A DNA stretch of 64,000 nt, from the IMG/VR virus record IMGVR_UViG_3300032295_003754; one strand, given 5' to 3'. Below are positions 33,849 through 45,763 of the stretch, in pieces. The first letter of the stretch is position 1. Each line of letters begins with the position of its first letter. The notes under the pieces were generated by a model. It saw only the letters and a program-made list of their open reading frames with translations. It ran no database searches and was not told the DNA's origin. The stretch comes from an uncultured virus (IMG/VR IMGVR_UViG_3300032295_003754) (taxonomy: Duplodnaviria; Heunggongvirae; Uroviricota; Caudoviricetes). A program made the translations under genes and the position numbers.

Positions 33849-35429
33849 ATGAGAAAAATTCTACTTTTGTTACTTGTCGCCCTGTTTGGTGTGATTGGTA
33901 ACTCAAATGCGGGTACTTGGGAAGTGGCCTGCATCAAACAAGGTCCGGCACGTAATTATGTAGCTGGAAATCTAAAAACAGGTTGTAATGCTCTACCAGT
34001 TAGGGAACTTATTCCATCAGCTACAACCGCACCTAGTACAACTATTGGATATCCAATGTCTGTTCGTTCAATTCCTGCGAAAGCATTAGTTGCTGAACAA
34101 TCTGATATGGTTGGTCAGAATAATTTTATTTCACTAGGTTTCGGTGGACAAATTGTAATGCGTTACTCCGATTGGATTGTAAATGGTCCTGGCGATGACA
34201 TCACTGTTTTCGAAACCACTTGGGGTAATCCTGCTTGTCGTCCGACTAATTCTGAACAAGCTTTAATCGAGGTTTCCGAGGATGGTCAGAACTGGATTAC
34301 ACCTGGCACACTTACTATGGGTATTGGAGGAGATTACAATGCTTGTTATAACAGTTCATTTGATATCTCACCACTTATGAAGATTCAGTATGTTCGTATT
34401 ACTGACCGTACAAATCCAGATTGGCGTGTAAGGGGCGATGGAAATGATGGGTATGATGTTGATGGTATTGTAGTTAACTATGAAATGCCACCATCTGATC
34501 CTACACCAAACAATCCTATTTGTGGTTATCAACAAGGTGTAGCTTCTCAGTTTGTAGGAGCGTCTGGTAACTTTCCTGGCCGTGGTATTGTAAGCCAAAG
34601 AAAGATTTTCGCAAAAGCTAATATCAATGAGGAGGGATTCCCTGTTGCAGCTTTAACAAACCCATCACTACGTGACGCATCCGGAACTTACAATTTCTGG
34701 TCTATGGGTTTTGGTGGTTGGGCTTGTATGCAACTACCTTATACTGTATTTGATGGGCCTGGATATGAGTTCTATTCTTTCGAAACAACTTGGCAGAATA
34801 AACCTTGTCCGAATTATCCAGAGAAAGCTAATGTATCAGTTTCTGTTGATGGTGTAAACTGGTCTCAAACTGTACTTATTTGTAAAGACGCTTTGGGTAT
34901 CCCTGGCACATCAAATGCTATTGACTTATCTTCTTTCGGACCTGGATTTTCAGTTGTGAACTATATCAAGTTCGAAGATGCTACTAACCCATCTGATTTC
35001 GGTCGTGGTGCTGATGGATATGATATGGATAACATTTTTATTAGTCAACTACCTCCCCCTACTCCTGGCACTACACCATTTGCATTCTCTTGTGCTAATG
35101 TAACCAATGTTCGTAGAGCTTTACCAACTGAAGCAAGTGCGACATTTATTGATGGTGGTATTCCTGAAGAAATGTTTCCACTTGAAATCGTTAATGGAAA
35201 TATGGTAACTGATAAGATTGAGTTTATTGCTACTATCGCTGAGGAGGGTGGTTATAACTATGCCATCAGAAACTCTCAAGGAAAAATCATGTCTGAGGGT
35301 ATTATGAATGGCACACTTTATGATACTCCAACTCAAGAGGTAAGTGTGAGTAACTTTCCGAATGGTGTTTACTTTTTAACTCTTACATCAAATGCGAGTA
35401 AAGAAACAGTTAGGTTTGTTAAGAACTAA
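33849..35429 (+). CDS. secreted protein with Sec signal, two internal repeat domains and a T9SS type-A C-terminal sorting domain
   Basis: MRKILLLLLVALFG..NA signal; C-terminus VSNFPNGVYFLTLTS..ETVRFVKN. Confidence 0.8.
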   Translation: MRKILLLLLVALFGVIGNSNAGTWEVACIKQGPARNYVAGNLKTGCNALPVRELIPSATTAPSTTIGYPMSVRSIPAKALVAEQSDMVGQNNFISLGFGGQIVMRYSDWIVNGPGDDITVFETTWGNPACRPTNSEQALIEVSEDGQNWITPGTLTMGIGGDYNACYNSSFDISPLMKIQYVRITDRTNPDWRVRGDGNDGYDVDGIVVNYEMPPSDPTPNNPICGYQQGVASQFVGASGNFPGRGIVSQRKIFAKANINEEGFPVAALTNPSLRDASGTYNFWSMGFGGWACMQLPYTVFDGPGYEFYSFETTWQNKPCPNYPEKANVSVSVDGVNWSQTVLICKDALGIPGTSNAIDLSSFGPGFSVVNYIKFEDATNPSDFGRGADGYDMDNIFISQLPPPTPGTTPFAFSCANVTNVRRALPTEASATFIDGGIPEEMFPLEIVNGNMVTDKIEFIATIAEEGGYNYAIRNSQGKIMSEGIMNGTLYDTPTQEVSVSNFPNGVYFLTLTSNASKETVRFVKN

Positions 35430-35448
35430 TAACTGATTAATTGAATTG

Positions 35449-35478
35449 AAAAACCCTCTTTTTAAGAGGGTTTTTTTA
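35449..35478. terminator. bidirectional terminator
   Basis: aaaaaccctctt-ttt-aagagggttttt. Confidence 0.8.
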
Positions 35479-35482
35479 TTTT

Positions 35483-36376
35483 TTAATCGTAAGTGGCACA
35501 TTTACCACCCTCGCAATTGATTGGTGTCCCATATGTCTGTTTGACCCTTTTCTGCATCATATCATTTACTCTTTGATAGTAAACAACGATTTCATCCTTT
35601 TGGTCGAAATATTCTTTACCACCACCGGATTCATCACCCTTTTCAATCAAAGTTAGCTTTACATACCTAGCATTTGGGTCATAACCACCTTCTTTGCCTT
35701 GGTTTGCTAAGTTGACCTCGACAACATTTGAAGGCTTCAAACCTAAACTAACCAAAAAGTTTTTTATAGAATTGGACCTAGCTTTTGAAAGACCATCATT
35801 ATCTCCAGTGTAACCTTTAGATTCTAAATCAGCTTTTAACTTTTTAGTTAACGGTGTCTTATCAGTTGAAGCTTCAATCTTTACACTATCGAGTCCAGCC
35901 ATTCTAGTAACTCTAGCTTGGATTGTATCTTTTACCTCTTGTGTCAATTTGTATCCACCAAGTTCAAAGAACTTATCATTATCTGATTGCATCACCGTTG
36001 GAGCCTTTCTTTCTTTACTAGCAACTCCCCATTTTGGTGTAGACTTTGTAGTATCAGTCCAGACTGGTTTGTATCCCTTAGCTTTAAGTTCAGCATCCTT
36101 TTGTGGACTTGGGTTTACTTGTTTACTGGTTACTAAATATTTTCTTTTTCCAAGATTTTCAGTTTGAGTAGATGGCGCAGATGTTAAAGTTCTACCTAAA
36201 ATATCTTTTTTAACATCTTGAGTTGCAACAATCTCTTTTGGTTTTTGTGTCTGTCCACTTACTTGAGGCGTTGCTACTAAAGAACCTAATGTGGCTAATC
36301 CACCCAATAGATAATCTTTTATACCTTCTTGTACATTCTCATCATCAAATTGTGAAAAGGTTTTTAAATTCTTCAT
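35483..36376 (-). CDS. OmpA-C-like domain protein with N-terminal MKNLKTF tag and hydrophobic segment
   Basis: STD...NDGLSKARSNSIKNFL...NARYV pattern. Confidence 0.6.
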   Translation of the reverse strand: MKNLKTFSQFDDENVQEGIKDYLLGGLATLGSLVATPQVSGQTQKPKEIVATQDVKKDILGRTLTSAPSTQTENLGKRKYLVTSKQVNPSPQKDAELKAKGYKPVWTDTTKSTPKWGVASKERKAPTVMQSDNDKFFELGGYKLTQEVKDTIQARVTRMAGLDSVKIEASTDKTPLTKKLKADLESKGYTGDNDGLSKARSNSIKNFLVSLGLKPSNVVEVNLANQGKEGGYDPNARYVKLTLIEKGDESGGGKEYFDQKDEIVVYYQRVNDMMQKRVKQTYGTPINCEGGKCATYD

Positions 36377-36467
36377 TTTACTTTGTTAGATTTATATTTT
36401 TATATATCAAGTTTTTTAAACTTAAAAAATATTTTAAATTTAATACCTTATATATTATATTTGTATT

Positions 36468-39400
36468 ATGGATATGAAACTCAAATGTATCAAAAGTATT
36501 AGATATCTAACCGAGGGAAAATACTATAGATTGGTGCCTTCTACCAGTAGAGATGATGGTCATTGGGTTTATAAAGATGATTTAAATCAAGGGGGTTGGT
36601 ATCCAAAAGAAATATTCGAATCCGTTGAAGATAATAGGGATGATAAAATAAATGAAATAGTAAAATGACAATCGAACAATTAACTGAAATACTAGATTAC
36701 TTGGGTTTTGTTAAAACAGGTAAATTAACTGCACCTAATTTTAGGGTAGTTTATAATTACGCAGGACTTAGGATTGTTGTTACAAGAAATGATGGCGAGA
36801 TTTTTCACTTAAAACATAGAGATTGGACCTTTTCATTAAAAAGAATAAAACCAGAAGATTTATTTAAGATGTTAGATTATTACTTTGATGAAGATGAAGA
36901 ATCGATTTATTCTCCTAAGCTTACAATAAATAAAGATGAAAGTTATGAGTCTTTCAGAGCAAGGACAATAAGGGAAGAAAAATTGAAAGAGTTGATATAA
37001 TTTAACTATATTTGTAATATGAATCCAAAAATTGAAACTATACTTAAAGAACTACTCGATTCAACTATTGACGAATCAACTTATTGGTATGAGGACCAGA
37101 AAGACCCATTTCCAAATGAAACGACTAAGAAATATTATGCTATGTCTAATGATAATCTGACCAGGTTTAATGTTGATATCGATATTTCAGATGATTTCCA
37201 AAGTATAAAGTATAGGAATGGTCTTTGGATACAGAATGATAAATTGACAAATGGTAGGACTTATGTTTCATCCAATGAATATATCAAAGGTATTGAACAG
37301 TATATCTTCGATAATCAGATAAAGCCAAACCTAATTCAGAAAGACCAAGATTCAGTTTTAGACCATATTGCTACATCCATCGGTGATAAGAGTCAAAGGA
37401 GGGAAAAGAAAATCACCAATATTTTGAGTGATGGTTTTCTGAATATATTCGGTAAGAAAAGTGATTAAATGAAAGCGATTTGTGTTAAGAATAGTATTGA
37501 AAAATCACATCATTCAAAGTTTGAATACCTTAATGGCGGTGGTATAATCAAATATGACTTAACCATTGGAAAGGTTTATGAAATATATGAACTACATGAA
37601 TTCGCCCCAAATATCTTACCTAAAAAATGTATTGTGATCGACGACTTTAGAAAAAACATTCACGCACCTTATGAACTTTTCAAACCAATAGAAGAATGGA
37701 GGGAAGAACAAATAGAACAAATATTAAAATGAAACAAGTAGTTTGTATAGTTGATAATCACATTTATTTACAATATGGTAAAGTGTATAATGTGGTTAGT
37801 GAAATGGATACTGATTACAAATTAGAAAGAACTGATGAAACACTTATTGATGTTTATAGGTGGAACAAAAGTTTCTTTGTAACTTTGGAAGAGTTTAGAA
37901 ATGAAAAAATAGACAGAATAATAGATGCTGTATAAAGAAGATCCTGACTATAATAGAATAGTTAATTTATATCTAATCACTTTCCTTATGTCAAGGTGGT
38001 CTGATAATCCTGTCTTTGTAAATGACCCAAACTATATCAAAGAAAAATGGACGAGATTCATTGGGCTCATACCAAGAAGGCACTTTGAACCAAATTCGAT
38101 GGATAAAAATCATCATAGAATGTATATCAAAAAGTGGGGACATTGTGGTTATGTTACCCCACAAATCATGTATCTTGCATCTGAACATTATCTAATGTTT
38201 GATAAAATGATACAAAACTTTGAAAGATATATTGGACCATTTGAAATGATAAACCCAAATCCTGCTGGTGGATTACATCCCAATTCAATGGCAGCAATTC
38301 CAAAGATATTAAAACAAAATTCTAATAAGATTAAAGAGTTTTTAAGACCTAAAATTATTGATAGAATTAATGGATAGGATTGGTTATCCACATTGTGATA
38401 TAACTTTAACAGAACTCAAAAAGGGTGATAAAGTTGTTTGTATCTGTAAGGAGTGGAAAAATTATACTTATGGAAAAGTTTATACACTTTATGACGACCC
38501 ATTGGGTAGTCTTTGTCCTGTGATGAATGATAAATCCCAATATTCTTTACCAGATCTTTATCACCCAAAAGGTTATTACTTTGTTACACCAGAAATATTT
38601 AGGGAAATGAAACTTGGTGAGATTTTGGATTGTGAATAAAAACTCCCCTTTCACCCTTTTCAATCAGTTTATCAAAATATCTACCAGGTTCCCATAGGTC
38701 TTTATCAAAGTAATAACCTATTGGTTGTTTTTTCATTATTACATTTACCTCAGCAATAACGATAAGTGGTTTATCTAAAAACATATTGACGATTTCATCA
38801 GAGAACTCTTTTGCTGATTGGATGTCCATATCAAGTAAAACTTGAATAGATAAACCTTTATGATAACCTTTTGATTTTTCTATACTTGTTGGGAAGTCAA
38901 TACTTTTAAGGATTTCAACATTTTCTTTCCAATTTGGTGATTCATAATCACATATGAACATATTGAATATGACTTTATTGGCGGGTTTATTTATTTCAAA
39001 ATCACCATAGTTGGAGGTTCCAAAAAAACTTTCACTACCTTCAAATATTTTTAGGTATTTCATTTATTATATATTATTTTTGTGACATGAAAGTAGTTTG
39101 TATAAATGATAGGGTTGGTGGAATTTCTACTCATAAAGATTGGCTTACACAAGGTAAAGTTTATGAACTTACAAAACCTGATGTATATGAAGATAAATAT
39201 TGGATTATTTCAAATAAAGGTAAAGAAGTCACTATTATCAAAACAAGGTTTAAACCACTCGATGAATATAGATTAGAAAAAATTGAAGAAATGATAAAAT
39301 GAATTTGGATCCTGAACTTAGAGAAAAATTGGAAAAACTCTACATAAACGAAGATTTCAAGGAACAAATACATTCCTTACTTTTTGCTTTTAGAGATAGG

Positions 39401-42400
39401 ATCAAGAATAATGAAAAAGGTGATAAGAATATAGTAGAACAAATACAATACTTTATGGAAAACTATGAGGCTGAGAAAAGGGATAAAAACATTGATGATA
39501 TTTTAGGAAAATGAAAATGATTTTCATAGGCATCCCACAAGACGAACTCCAAGAGTTTTGGAAACCAAATGGAGAAAAATCTGATTATCAGAAAATGGAA
39601 AACCCATTTGAAAATTTTACCTATGGAAAACAATATGAAATCAATCCATACTGGACTCTATCTATAGAAGATAAAACCAAAATAGCCATGAAAGTTCAAT
39701 GTGATAGTGGTAAAACGATTTGGGTTAGAACAGATTTTTTTGTATCTTTGGAGGATTGGAGAGAAGACCAATTAAAAAAGACATTAAAATGAAAGTAGTT
39801 TGTAAAACAAATATCACACCCAGAGGTGTCCAATTTAATATCACACCAGGGAAAATTTATGAAGTCCATAGGGATAGTATAGTATGGGTTTATATTGTTG
39901 ATGATGGTGGTGCCAACGAACATTATATTGAAAAAATGTTCACACCACTTACAGAATTGAGAAATATAAGATTAGAAGAGTTACTAAAATGAAAGCAATA
40001 TGTATAAATAATAGAAACCATGACACACCAGAAAGTTGTGGTAGGAACGTAATATTAACTATTGGGAAGGTTTATGATATTACCCTCGCATGGCATTTTG
40101 AAGATTATCTTGTCACTAGTGATGCTGGTCATGATATAACAGTCCCAAAGTATTATTTCAAATTGATTGATGAATATAGAAAAGAACAAATAGAAAAGAT
40201 TTTAGAATGAGAAATTATTGTGTGTGTATAAAAGGTAAGAAATTTTTAGGAAGAATATCACCTGTTAGAAAGGGTGATAAGTTCTGGTATGATGTGCATA
40301 AAATTGGTGATACACTTGGAACTCGCCAAATAACTTTTCATCTTTATGATGTTAAAGATGGTATGTATGACTTTGGTCTAATAGAAAAACATTTCAAAAA
40401 CCATTTTGAGGATATACAAGATTTTAGACAAAAACAAATAGAAGAAATATTAAAATGAGCCTAAAATATATCTGTATTAAAAACGACCCAAATAAATATT
40501 CAAGGGGTCACTATTTCACACCTGGTAAAATATATGATGTTCTTTTTGTTAGTGGTAATTATTTTTCCAAAAATGATAAATTGCAAGTAAAACAATTTAG
40601 TGAATGGATGTTTAATACTGATAAGTTTAAGATGGTAGAACTAACTAAATGGAGAGAAGAACATTTAGATGAAATACTGAACTGATATAAGCCAGAAATT
40701 TTCTAATATTTCAAGGCATCAATCGATTATTTATATTGGGGTATAATATATATGGACATGAATTACTCATATGTAGTGACATACTCAAATGAAATTATCG
40801 TAACAGGTTCAAATATGAAATCAATCATAGAATACCTAAATGATTTCTGTGCGGGAGATTGTTATTTCGATAGTTTTGTTGAAAATGTTTCTATGTATAA
40901 TAATGATAAACTCCTTGGAAAGTTAATATTCAAGGAAGAAGCAGATAGTCAAATTGATAAATATGAGTTTAATTTATACAAAGTGGATTTTGTAAAACCC
41001 AGTGTCCAACAACTAAGGGACGATAATATTAAAGATATATTGGATATTTAATTTCAATTACCTATATTTGCATTATGTACACAAGACATGATGTTATTCG
41101 TCCAAAAAGAAATGACTTTTTAGGTATTCATTACCTTTGGAAAAGATTTACTGAAAGGGATAAAAAACGTAGAGACCATTTCCAATCTTGGATAAAAGAT
41201 TTACCTAATCAAATCCCCTTCGAAGATGGTAAAGCTTATCTTCATTATACAAATAGAAAAGGTAAACTACTCAAAGTAGAATTTTCTTTATTAAAGGATG
41301 GCATTACATACAAACACACAACTATTGATGATAAAAGACAAGAGAACTTGGATTTTCTCACACAAGATGAAAAACTAGTCCAACTCGGTAAAGACTTTCG
41401 GAAAAAGTATATTCAGTTGTGTAAGTCCACTATTAAACAAGACCTATATAACAAGTTTTGGAAACACATCGAAAACACTTTGAGAAAAGATGATAAACAT
41501 AAACACATTGACAATAAACCACAAGTGATAACTGTATTGGTCGGTGATTCAAAATATTGGGTATTAGAGAAACGATGGCATGAAACTTGGGTCGAGTATG
41601 AGTTTTTGGGAGAAGCAACCGAACAAATAGTTGAGATAAAATGACAGAAATAATATTCAAATCAGATGAAATGGTCATTAAAAAAATATCTGAAAGTAAA
41701 ATTCAGATAGAAAAGTTAGTGCCTGTTTATGTAGGTGAAATGCTCCTTGAAACAAGGAAAATGAAAATTAGATTCAATAAAAGAGAAGCACAAATCTATG
41801 ATGATGATAAACGTGACTATTATGAAAGAATACATTTTAAGGATAGTTATATGAGGAGTTTATCCCAAAAATATGGGACTAAAATTGGGACTATATATGT
41901 TAGTAATAGGTCTGGTTATTCACCTGCTGGATTTCATATAGTTCAAGATCTAATAAGTATAAATATCCAAAATAAAGAATTAGAAAGAGAATTGAAACTT
42001 AAACAGATTTTAGAATGAGTACAAAATTTTCCCATGTGGTATTAGAAGATGGTAGACCAATCTGTATTGGACCAAGCCTGAAATACATTAGAGAATATCT
42101 TGATGATTATTGTGGCGTGTCAAAACAAAGAGGTGAGTTTGTTGATTTTGTACCAGACAATAGTAAATATCCAAATGATTACCAAGGTAAGTTTGTTTAT
42201 AAAGAGTTTTATGATATGAAAGATGGTAGTGTCCAAGAAGAAATCCTAAATTTCAAAGTGTATTTAGTAGATGTAGCACTCCCATCCAAAGAACAGAAAC
42301 GGGATGATGATATAGATGAATTATTAAACCAATGATAATAAAATGCATTAAGGAACACTATTCACCAGCAAATCACGCTAATATAAAGTTAGGTGATGAA

Positions 42401-42547
42401 TATGAATTGGTTGAAATCAAAATGGAACATGGTGTTCTTTATTTAACCATTGATAATCTTGGGAGACGTGTAGATGTACCAGCTAAATATTTTTGGGATA
42501 AGTCAATCATTAGAGAATACTTTTTACAAAAGATTTTGGAGAAATAA
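36468..42547 (+). other. array of about 18 small, largely translationally coupled genes, most with the C-terminal R-x-x-K/Q-I/L-x-x-I/L tag; about 11 share a MKxxCI..LTxGKxY small beta-domain
   Basis: ORFs at 36468, 36665, 37019, 37469, 37729, 37925, 38370, 39087, 39299, 39511, 39789, 39989, 40207, 40455, 40752, 41075, 41641, 42015, 42332. Confidence 0.85.
38599..39063 (-). CDS. hypothetical late protein with MKYLKIFE N-terminal tag
   Basis: ORF track; AATATATA 4 nt upstream of the ATG. Confidence 0.75.
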   Translation of the reverse strand: MKYLKIFEGSESFFGTSNYGDFEINKPANKVIFNMFICDYESPNWKENVEILKSIDFPTSIEKSKGYHKGLSIQVLLDMDIQSAKEFSDEIVNMFLDKPLIVIAEVNVIMKKQPIGYYFDKDLWEPGRYFDKLIEKGERGVFIHNPKSHQVSFP

Positions 42548-42582
42548 ACTTAATCCCTTATCTTTGTAAAAAAATAAAAGTT

Positions 42583-42903
42583 ATGTCTGGAGGTTCATTT
42601 GATTATGGTTATTTCAAAGTCCAAATGTTGGCTGATGAAATCGAAAATATGTTTGTTAATGATGGCAAATATGAAGGTGAGGATTATACCTACAATGGTT
42701 TCGGTAAAAGACCTATGGTAGAGTATGATAGAATTGGTGACGCAACACCAGAACAAAGAGAACTTATCTTAAATGAGGTTCACAAACTAATCCAAGACCT
42801 GAACAACTGCGCATTCAGAGCTAAAGAACTTGAATGGTATATGTCTGGAGATACCGGCGCCAGCTCCTATCTCGAGCGTCTAAAAGATAAAAACCTTATT
42901 TAA
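42583..42903 (+). CDS. conserved phage hypothetical protein (MSGGSFDY...EWYMSGD)
   Basis: ORF track; TATCTTTG box upstream. Confidence 0.75.
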   Translation: MSGGSFDYGYFKVQMLADEIENMFVNDGKYEGEDYTYNGFGKRPMVEYDRIGDATPEQRELILNEVHKLIQDLNNCAFRAKELEWYMSGDTGASSYLERLKDKNLI

Positions 42904-42939
42904 TTTTTATTTACCAAAACTTTTCCCTATATTTGTATT

Positions 42940-43263
42940 ATGAAAGTTACACACTCGTTTATCCAAGGCAGAGTTTTAGGATTCATCGGAAGGTCAGGTG
43001 GTTGGCATTATAACCTTTTTGAAGTCGATGAACTAAAAGTTGGTGATATTGTAAAATATCCAACAAGTGATTGCAGACTTGATGAAACAACCGGAAATGT
43101 TCTTGTTATTTCATATGACGAGTATGGGCAGTCAGCTTTGGTTCTCACCGATACAGAGGTTGTTCAAATCGAACAAGACTTGTGGAAATATGATGATAAA
43201 ACAATACAATCACACTTTGGTAGAACCATTATTACCGAAGCATCAAAAGAAGAAGATTATTAA
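42940..43263 (+). CDS. hypothetical protein
   Basis: ORF track; TATATTTG box 4 nt upstream. Confidence 0.7.
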   Translation: MKVTHSFIQGRVLGFIGRSGGWHYNLFEVDELKVGDIVKYPTSDCRLDETTGNVLVISYDEYGQSALVLTDTEVVQIEQDLWKYDDKTIQSHFGRTIITEASKEEDY

Positions 43264-44039
43264 TGAATATAATATATCAAGAAAATTGTCTTGACACAAT
43301 GTCAAGAGAAGAGTTACAAAATCAAGTCGATATTATCGTAACCTCACCACCTTATAATACCTCGCGTGTTGGTGCATCAGATAAATACTCCTCAAGATAC
43401 GACCAGTACCAAGATAAAATGTCCGACCAAGATTATTGTGATTGGACCGTTAGAATATTTGAAGGGTATGACAAAGTATTAAAGAAAGATGGTTGTATTC
43501 TTTATAACCTATCTTATTCAAGTGAGAATACTCAACTTATCTGGCTTGTCATTTCTGATATTATAAAAAGGACAAACTTTACAACCGCTGACACGATTGT
43601 TTGGAAAAAATCAAATGCTATTCCAAATAATGTAAGTAAGAATAAACTGACCCGAATAGTCGAATACATTTTTGTTTTTGCTAGGAAAAAAGAACTTAAA
43701 ACTTTTAATGCTAATAAAAAGATTACTGGAAGAATTGAAAGGACCGGTCAAGCAAACTATGAGAATATTTATAACTTTATAGAAGCTAGAAACAATGATG
43801 GTTCCAATCAACTTAACAAAGCAACCTTTTCAACCGAGCTAGTTAAAAAGTTATTGACTATATATGCCCCCCAAAACTCACTTGTCTATGATAACTTTAT
43901 TGGGATTGGTACAACAGCTAAAGCTTGTTTGGAAATGGGATTGAACTATGTTGGTTCAGAAATATCACAAGGACAGGTAGATCATTTTTTAGATTGGAAA
44001 AAAAACTGGGATAATGAACAAGACAAGAGAACTACATAA
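43263..44039 (+). CDS. beta-class DNA amino-methyltransferase (probably N4-cytosine)
   Basis: TSPPYN motif IV before DNFIGIGTT motif I. Confidence 0.88.
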   Translation: MNIIYQENCLDTMSREELQNQVDIIVTSPPYNTSRVGASDKYSSRYDQYQDKMSDQDYCDWTVRIFEGYDKVLKKDGCILYNLSYSSENTQLIWLVISDIIKRTNFTTADTIVWKKSNAIPNNVSKNKLTRIVEYIFVFARKKELKTFNANKKITGRIERTGQANYENIYNFIEARNNDGSNQLNKATFSTELVKKLLTIYAPQNSLVYDNFIGIGTTAKACLEMGLNYVGSEISQGQVDHFLDWKKNWDNEQDKRTT

Positions 44040-44340
44040 GAAGATAATTAAAGAAATTAATGAAGCAACACCATACGAAGTATGGGAAGGTGTGAGAGAT
44101 AACTTTCTGTTTGGATTTATAGGAGCAACTCTAGTTGTTTTTATTGCAACACAAACTGATATCGCAGTTTTATTGGGATATATTGTCTATTACTTTTTTA
44201 TGGGTAAAATTGTCAATAGACCAAAATACGTAACCGATTTGGGTAAAATGATTGTATTTCCGATTCCCTCAGCACTTGGTGCGTTCTCTGGATACAAGCT
44301 TTCTTTGATATTAATAAACTGGATTACAAACCTTAATTAA
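44014..44340 (+). CDS. membrane protein
   Basis: Three hydrophobic segments. Confidence 0.7.
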   Translation: MNKTRELHKKIIKEINEATPYEVWEGVRDNFLFGFIGATLVVFIATQTDIAVLLGYIVYYFFMGKIVNRPKYVTDLGKMIVFPIPSALGAFSGYKLSLILINWITNLN

Positions 44341-44909
44341 CTATATAGTCCCAACCCCATATACTTATGGAATGATATAGAATATCTTTCTGTTGTTATT
44401 GTTTCATCTTGTTCAACATCATGGGTAAACTCTGATTGAAAATCACCACCCATATGAATCATCTCACCCATAACTAATGGTATATCTTTTACCTTAACAT
44501 CTTTAGTTTTATCAAAGATTCTAAAGTTTCTCAATCCACCATAAGATATTAATAAGACACCATTTGGTGGATGGTTTTGACTATCGGAATGTTTTTCAAT
44601 ATAGTGTGAGCCATCTTTATAATAGTTTATTATTATACCATTATAATCTGAGTTAAACCTTACATTTATAAAATCGAGTAGTTCCTTTAGGGATGGTGTT
44701 AACTTTTGGGATTTACACACCCTAAACTTACCATACATATAATCTTCTGTAATAATATCAGAGAAGAAACTAACCTTTCTTGTTATAACATCTTGTAACT
44801 TATCTCTACACTCTTCTATACACTTATCTAATAGGTTAGTGTTATTAAAGGTGTAGATGTTTAAAAAAGATGAATTCGTTTTAATTTCTTCACTTTTAAA
44901 CTGTATCAT
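44337..44909 (-). CDS. AlkB-like 2OG-Fe(II) dioxygenase
   Basis: INYYKDG..HSD, SYGGLRNF, MGGDFQSEFTH, RYSISF. Confidence 0.85.
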   Translation of the reverse strand: MIQFKSEEIKTNSSFLNIYTFNNTNLLDKCIEECRDKLQDVITRKVSFFSDIITEDYMYGKFRVCKSQKLTPSLKELLDFINVRFNSDYNGIIINYYKDGSHYIEKHSDSQNHPPNGVLLISYGGLRNFRIFDKTKDVKVKDIPLVMGEMIHMGGDFQSEFTHDVEQDETITTERYSISFHKYMGLGLYS

Positions 44910-44932
44910 ATATGATTTTATGTTAAAAATGT

Positions 44933-45292
44933 CTAAGGTTTATTCCATATAATAAAAACAATCATATTACTTTCTTCATACTTAATAGGTGAGGCTGAGT
45001 GTAAACCAAGTTCGGGTAAACCTATTATGACTTTTTCCATTTCCTCAATTAGTTCTCTATCATAAAGATTTTCAATATTCTCAATAGCTACCCATATAGA
45101 TTTTTTTGTTAAAGTTCTATCAGATACATTACTCAATAAATTGGTTCTTATTTGAACTTTATATCCCATATCAGAAAACCAAATGAAAAGGTCTTCTAAA
45201 TCTTCTTTATTTACATTCCAAGCGGATAAGAGATCCTCTACCTTTTCTTGATTCCCATAATAAAACCCCTCAAAATGTTTTAGATGTTTCAT
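44933..45292 (-). CDS. hypothetical late protein with MKHLKHFE tag
   Basis: ORF track; shares palindromic AATATATATT with the divergent gene. Confidence 0.75.
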   Translation of the reverse strand: MKHLKHFEGFYYGNQEKVEDLLSAWNVNKEDLEDLFIWFSDMGYKVQIRTNLLSNVSDRTLTKKSIWVAIENIENLYDRELIEEMEKVIIGLPELGLHSASPIKYEESNMIVFIIWNKP

Positions 45293-45296
45293 AATG

Positions 45297-45306
45297 AATA
45301 TATATT
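45297..45306. promoter_or_regulatory. palindromic AATATATATT, putative bidirectional late promoter
   Basis: Fills the 17-bp gap between two divergent tagged genes; the same motif recurs before many late genes. Confidence 0.7.
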
Positions 45307-45309
45307 AAT

Positions 45310-45753
45310 ATGCTGCACTTAAAGTTATTCGAGGAGTTTGGTGATGAAAATTTTAAAATTGAGTTTCTACCCCAATGGAAATTTGATACAGTCTATAAAA
45401 ATACTGAAAGGGTTGGTTTTAGTAACAATATTTATCAAGCTTTTGCATTGAATGCAAATCGTAACGGGATGAGAACCAATCAAATAGGTGGAGAACATCC
45501 GGTTCAAATGATATTGAAATGGAATAGACAAACTAGCAAAGGGAGAGTATTGTTAAGTGCAACTTTTCTTATGAGAAGGTTTGATACTGATACACCTTAT
45601 GTTTTATGTTTGGTTGATTACAACACCATCGGATCTGATATGAATTTAAATAATATCTATATCAGAATGGAACTTGAAGATTTCATGGGTGTTATCAAAA
45701 ACTTTGAACTATTTTCAAATCAGATAATAGAAAAGATAGAAAAGAAAAAATAA
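45310..45753 (+). CDS. hypothetical late protein with MLHLKLFEE tag
   Basis: ORF track. Confidence 0.75.
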   Translation: MLHLKLFEEFGDENFKIEFLPQWKFDTVYKNTERVGFSNNIYQAFALNANRNGMRTNQIGGEHPVQMILKWNRQTSKGRVLLSATFLMRRFDTDTPYVLCLVDYNTIGSDMNLNNIYIRMELEDFMGVIKNFELFSNQIIEKIEKKK

Positions 45754-45763
45754 CTCAACAGTT

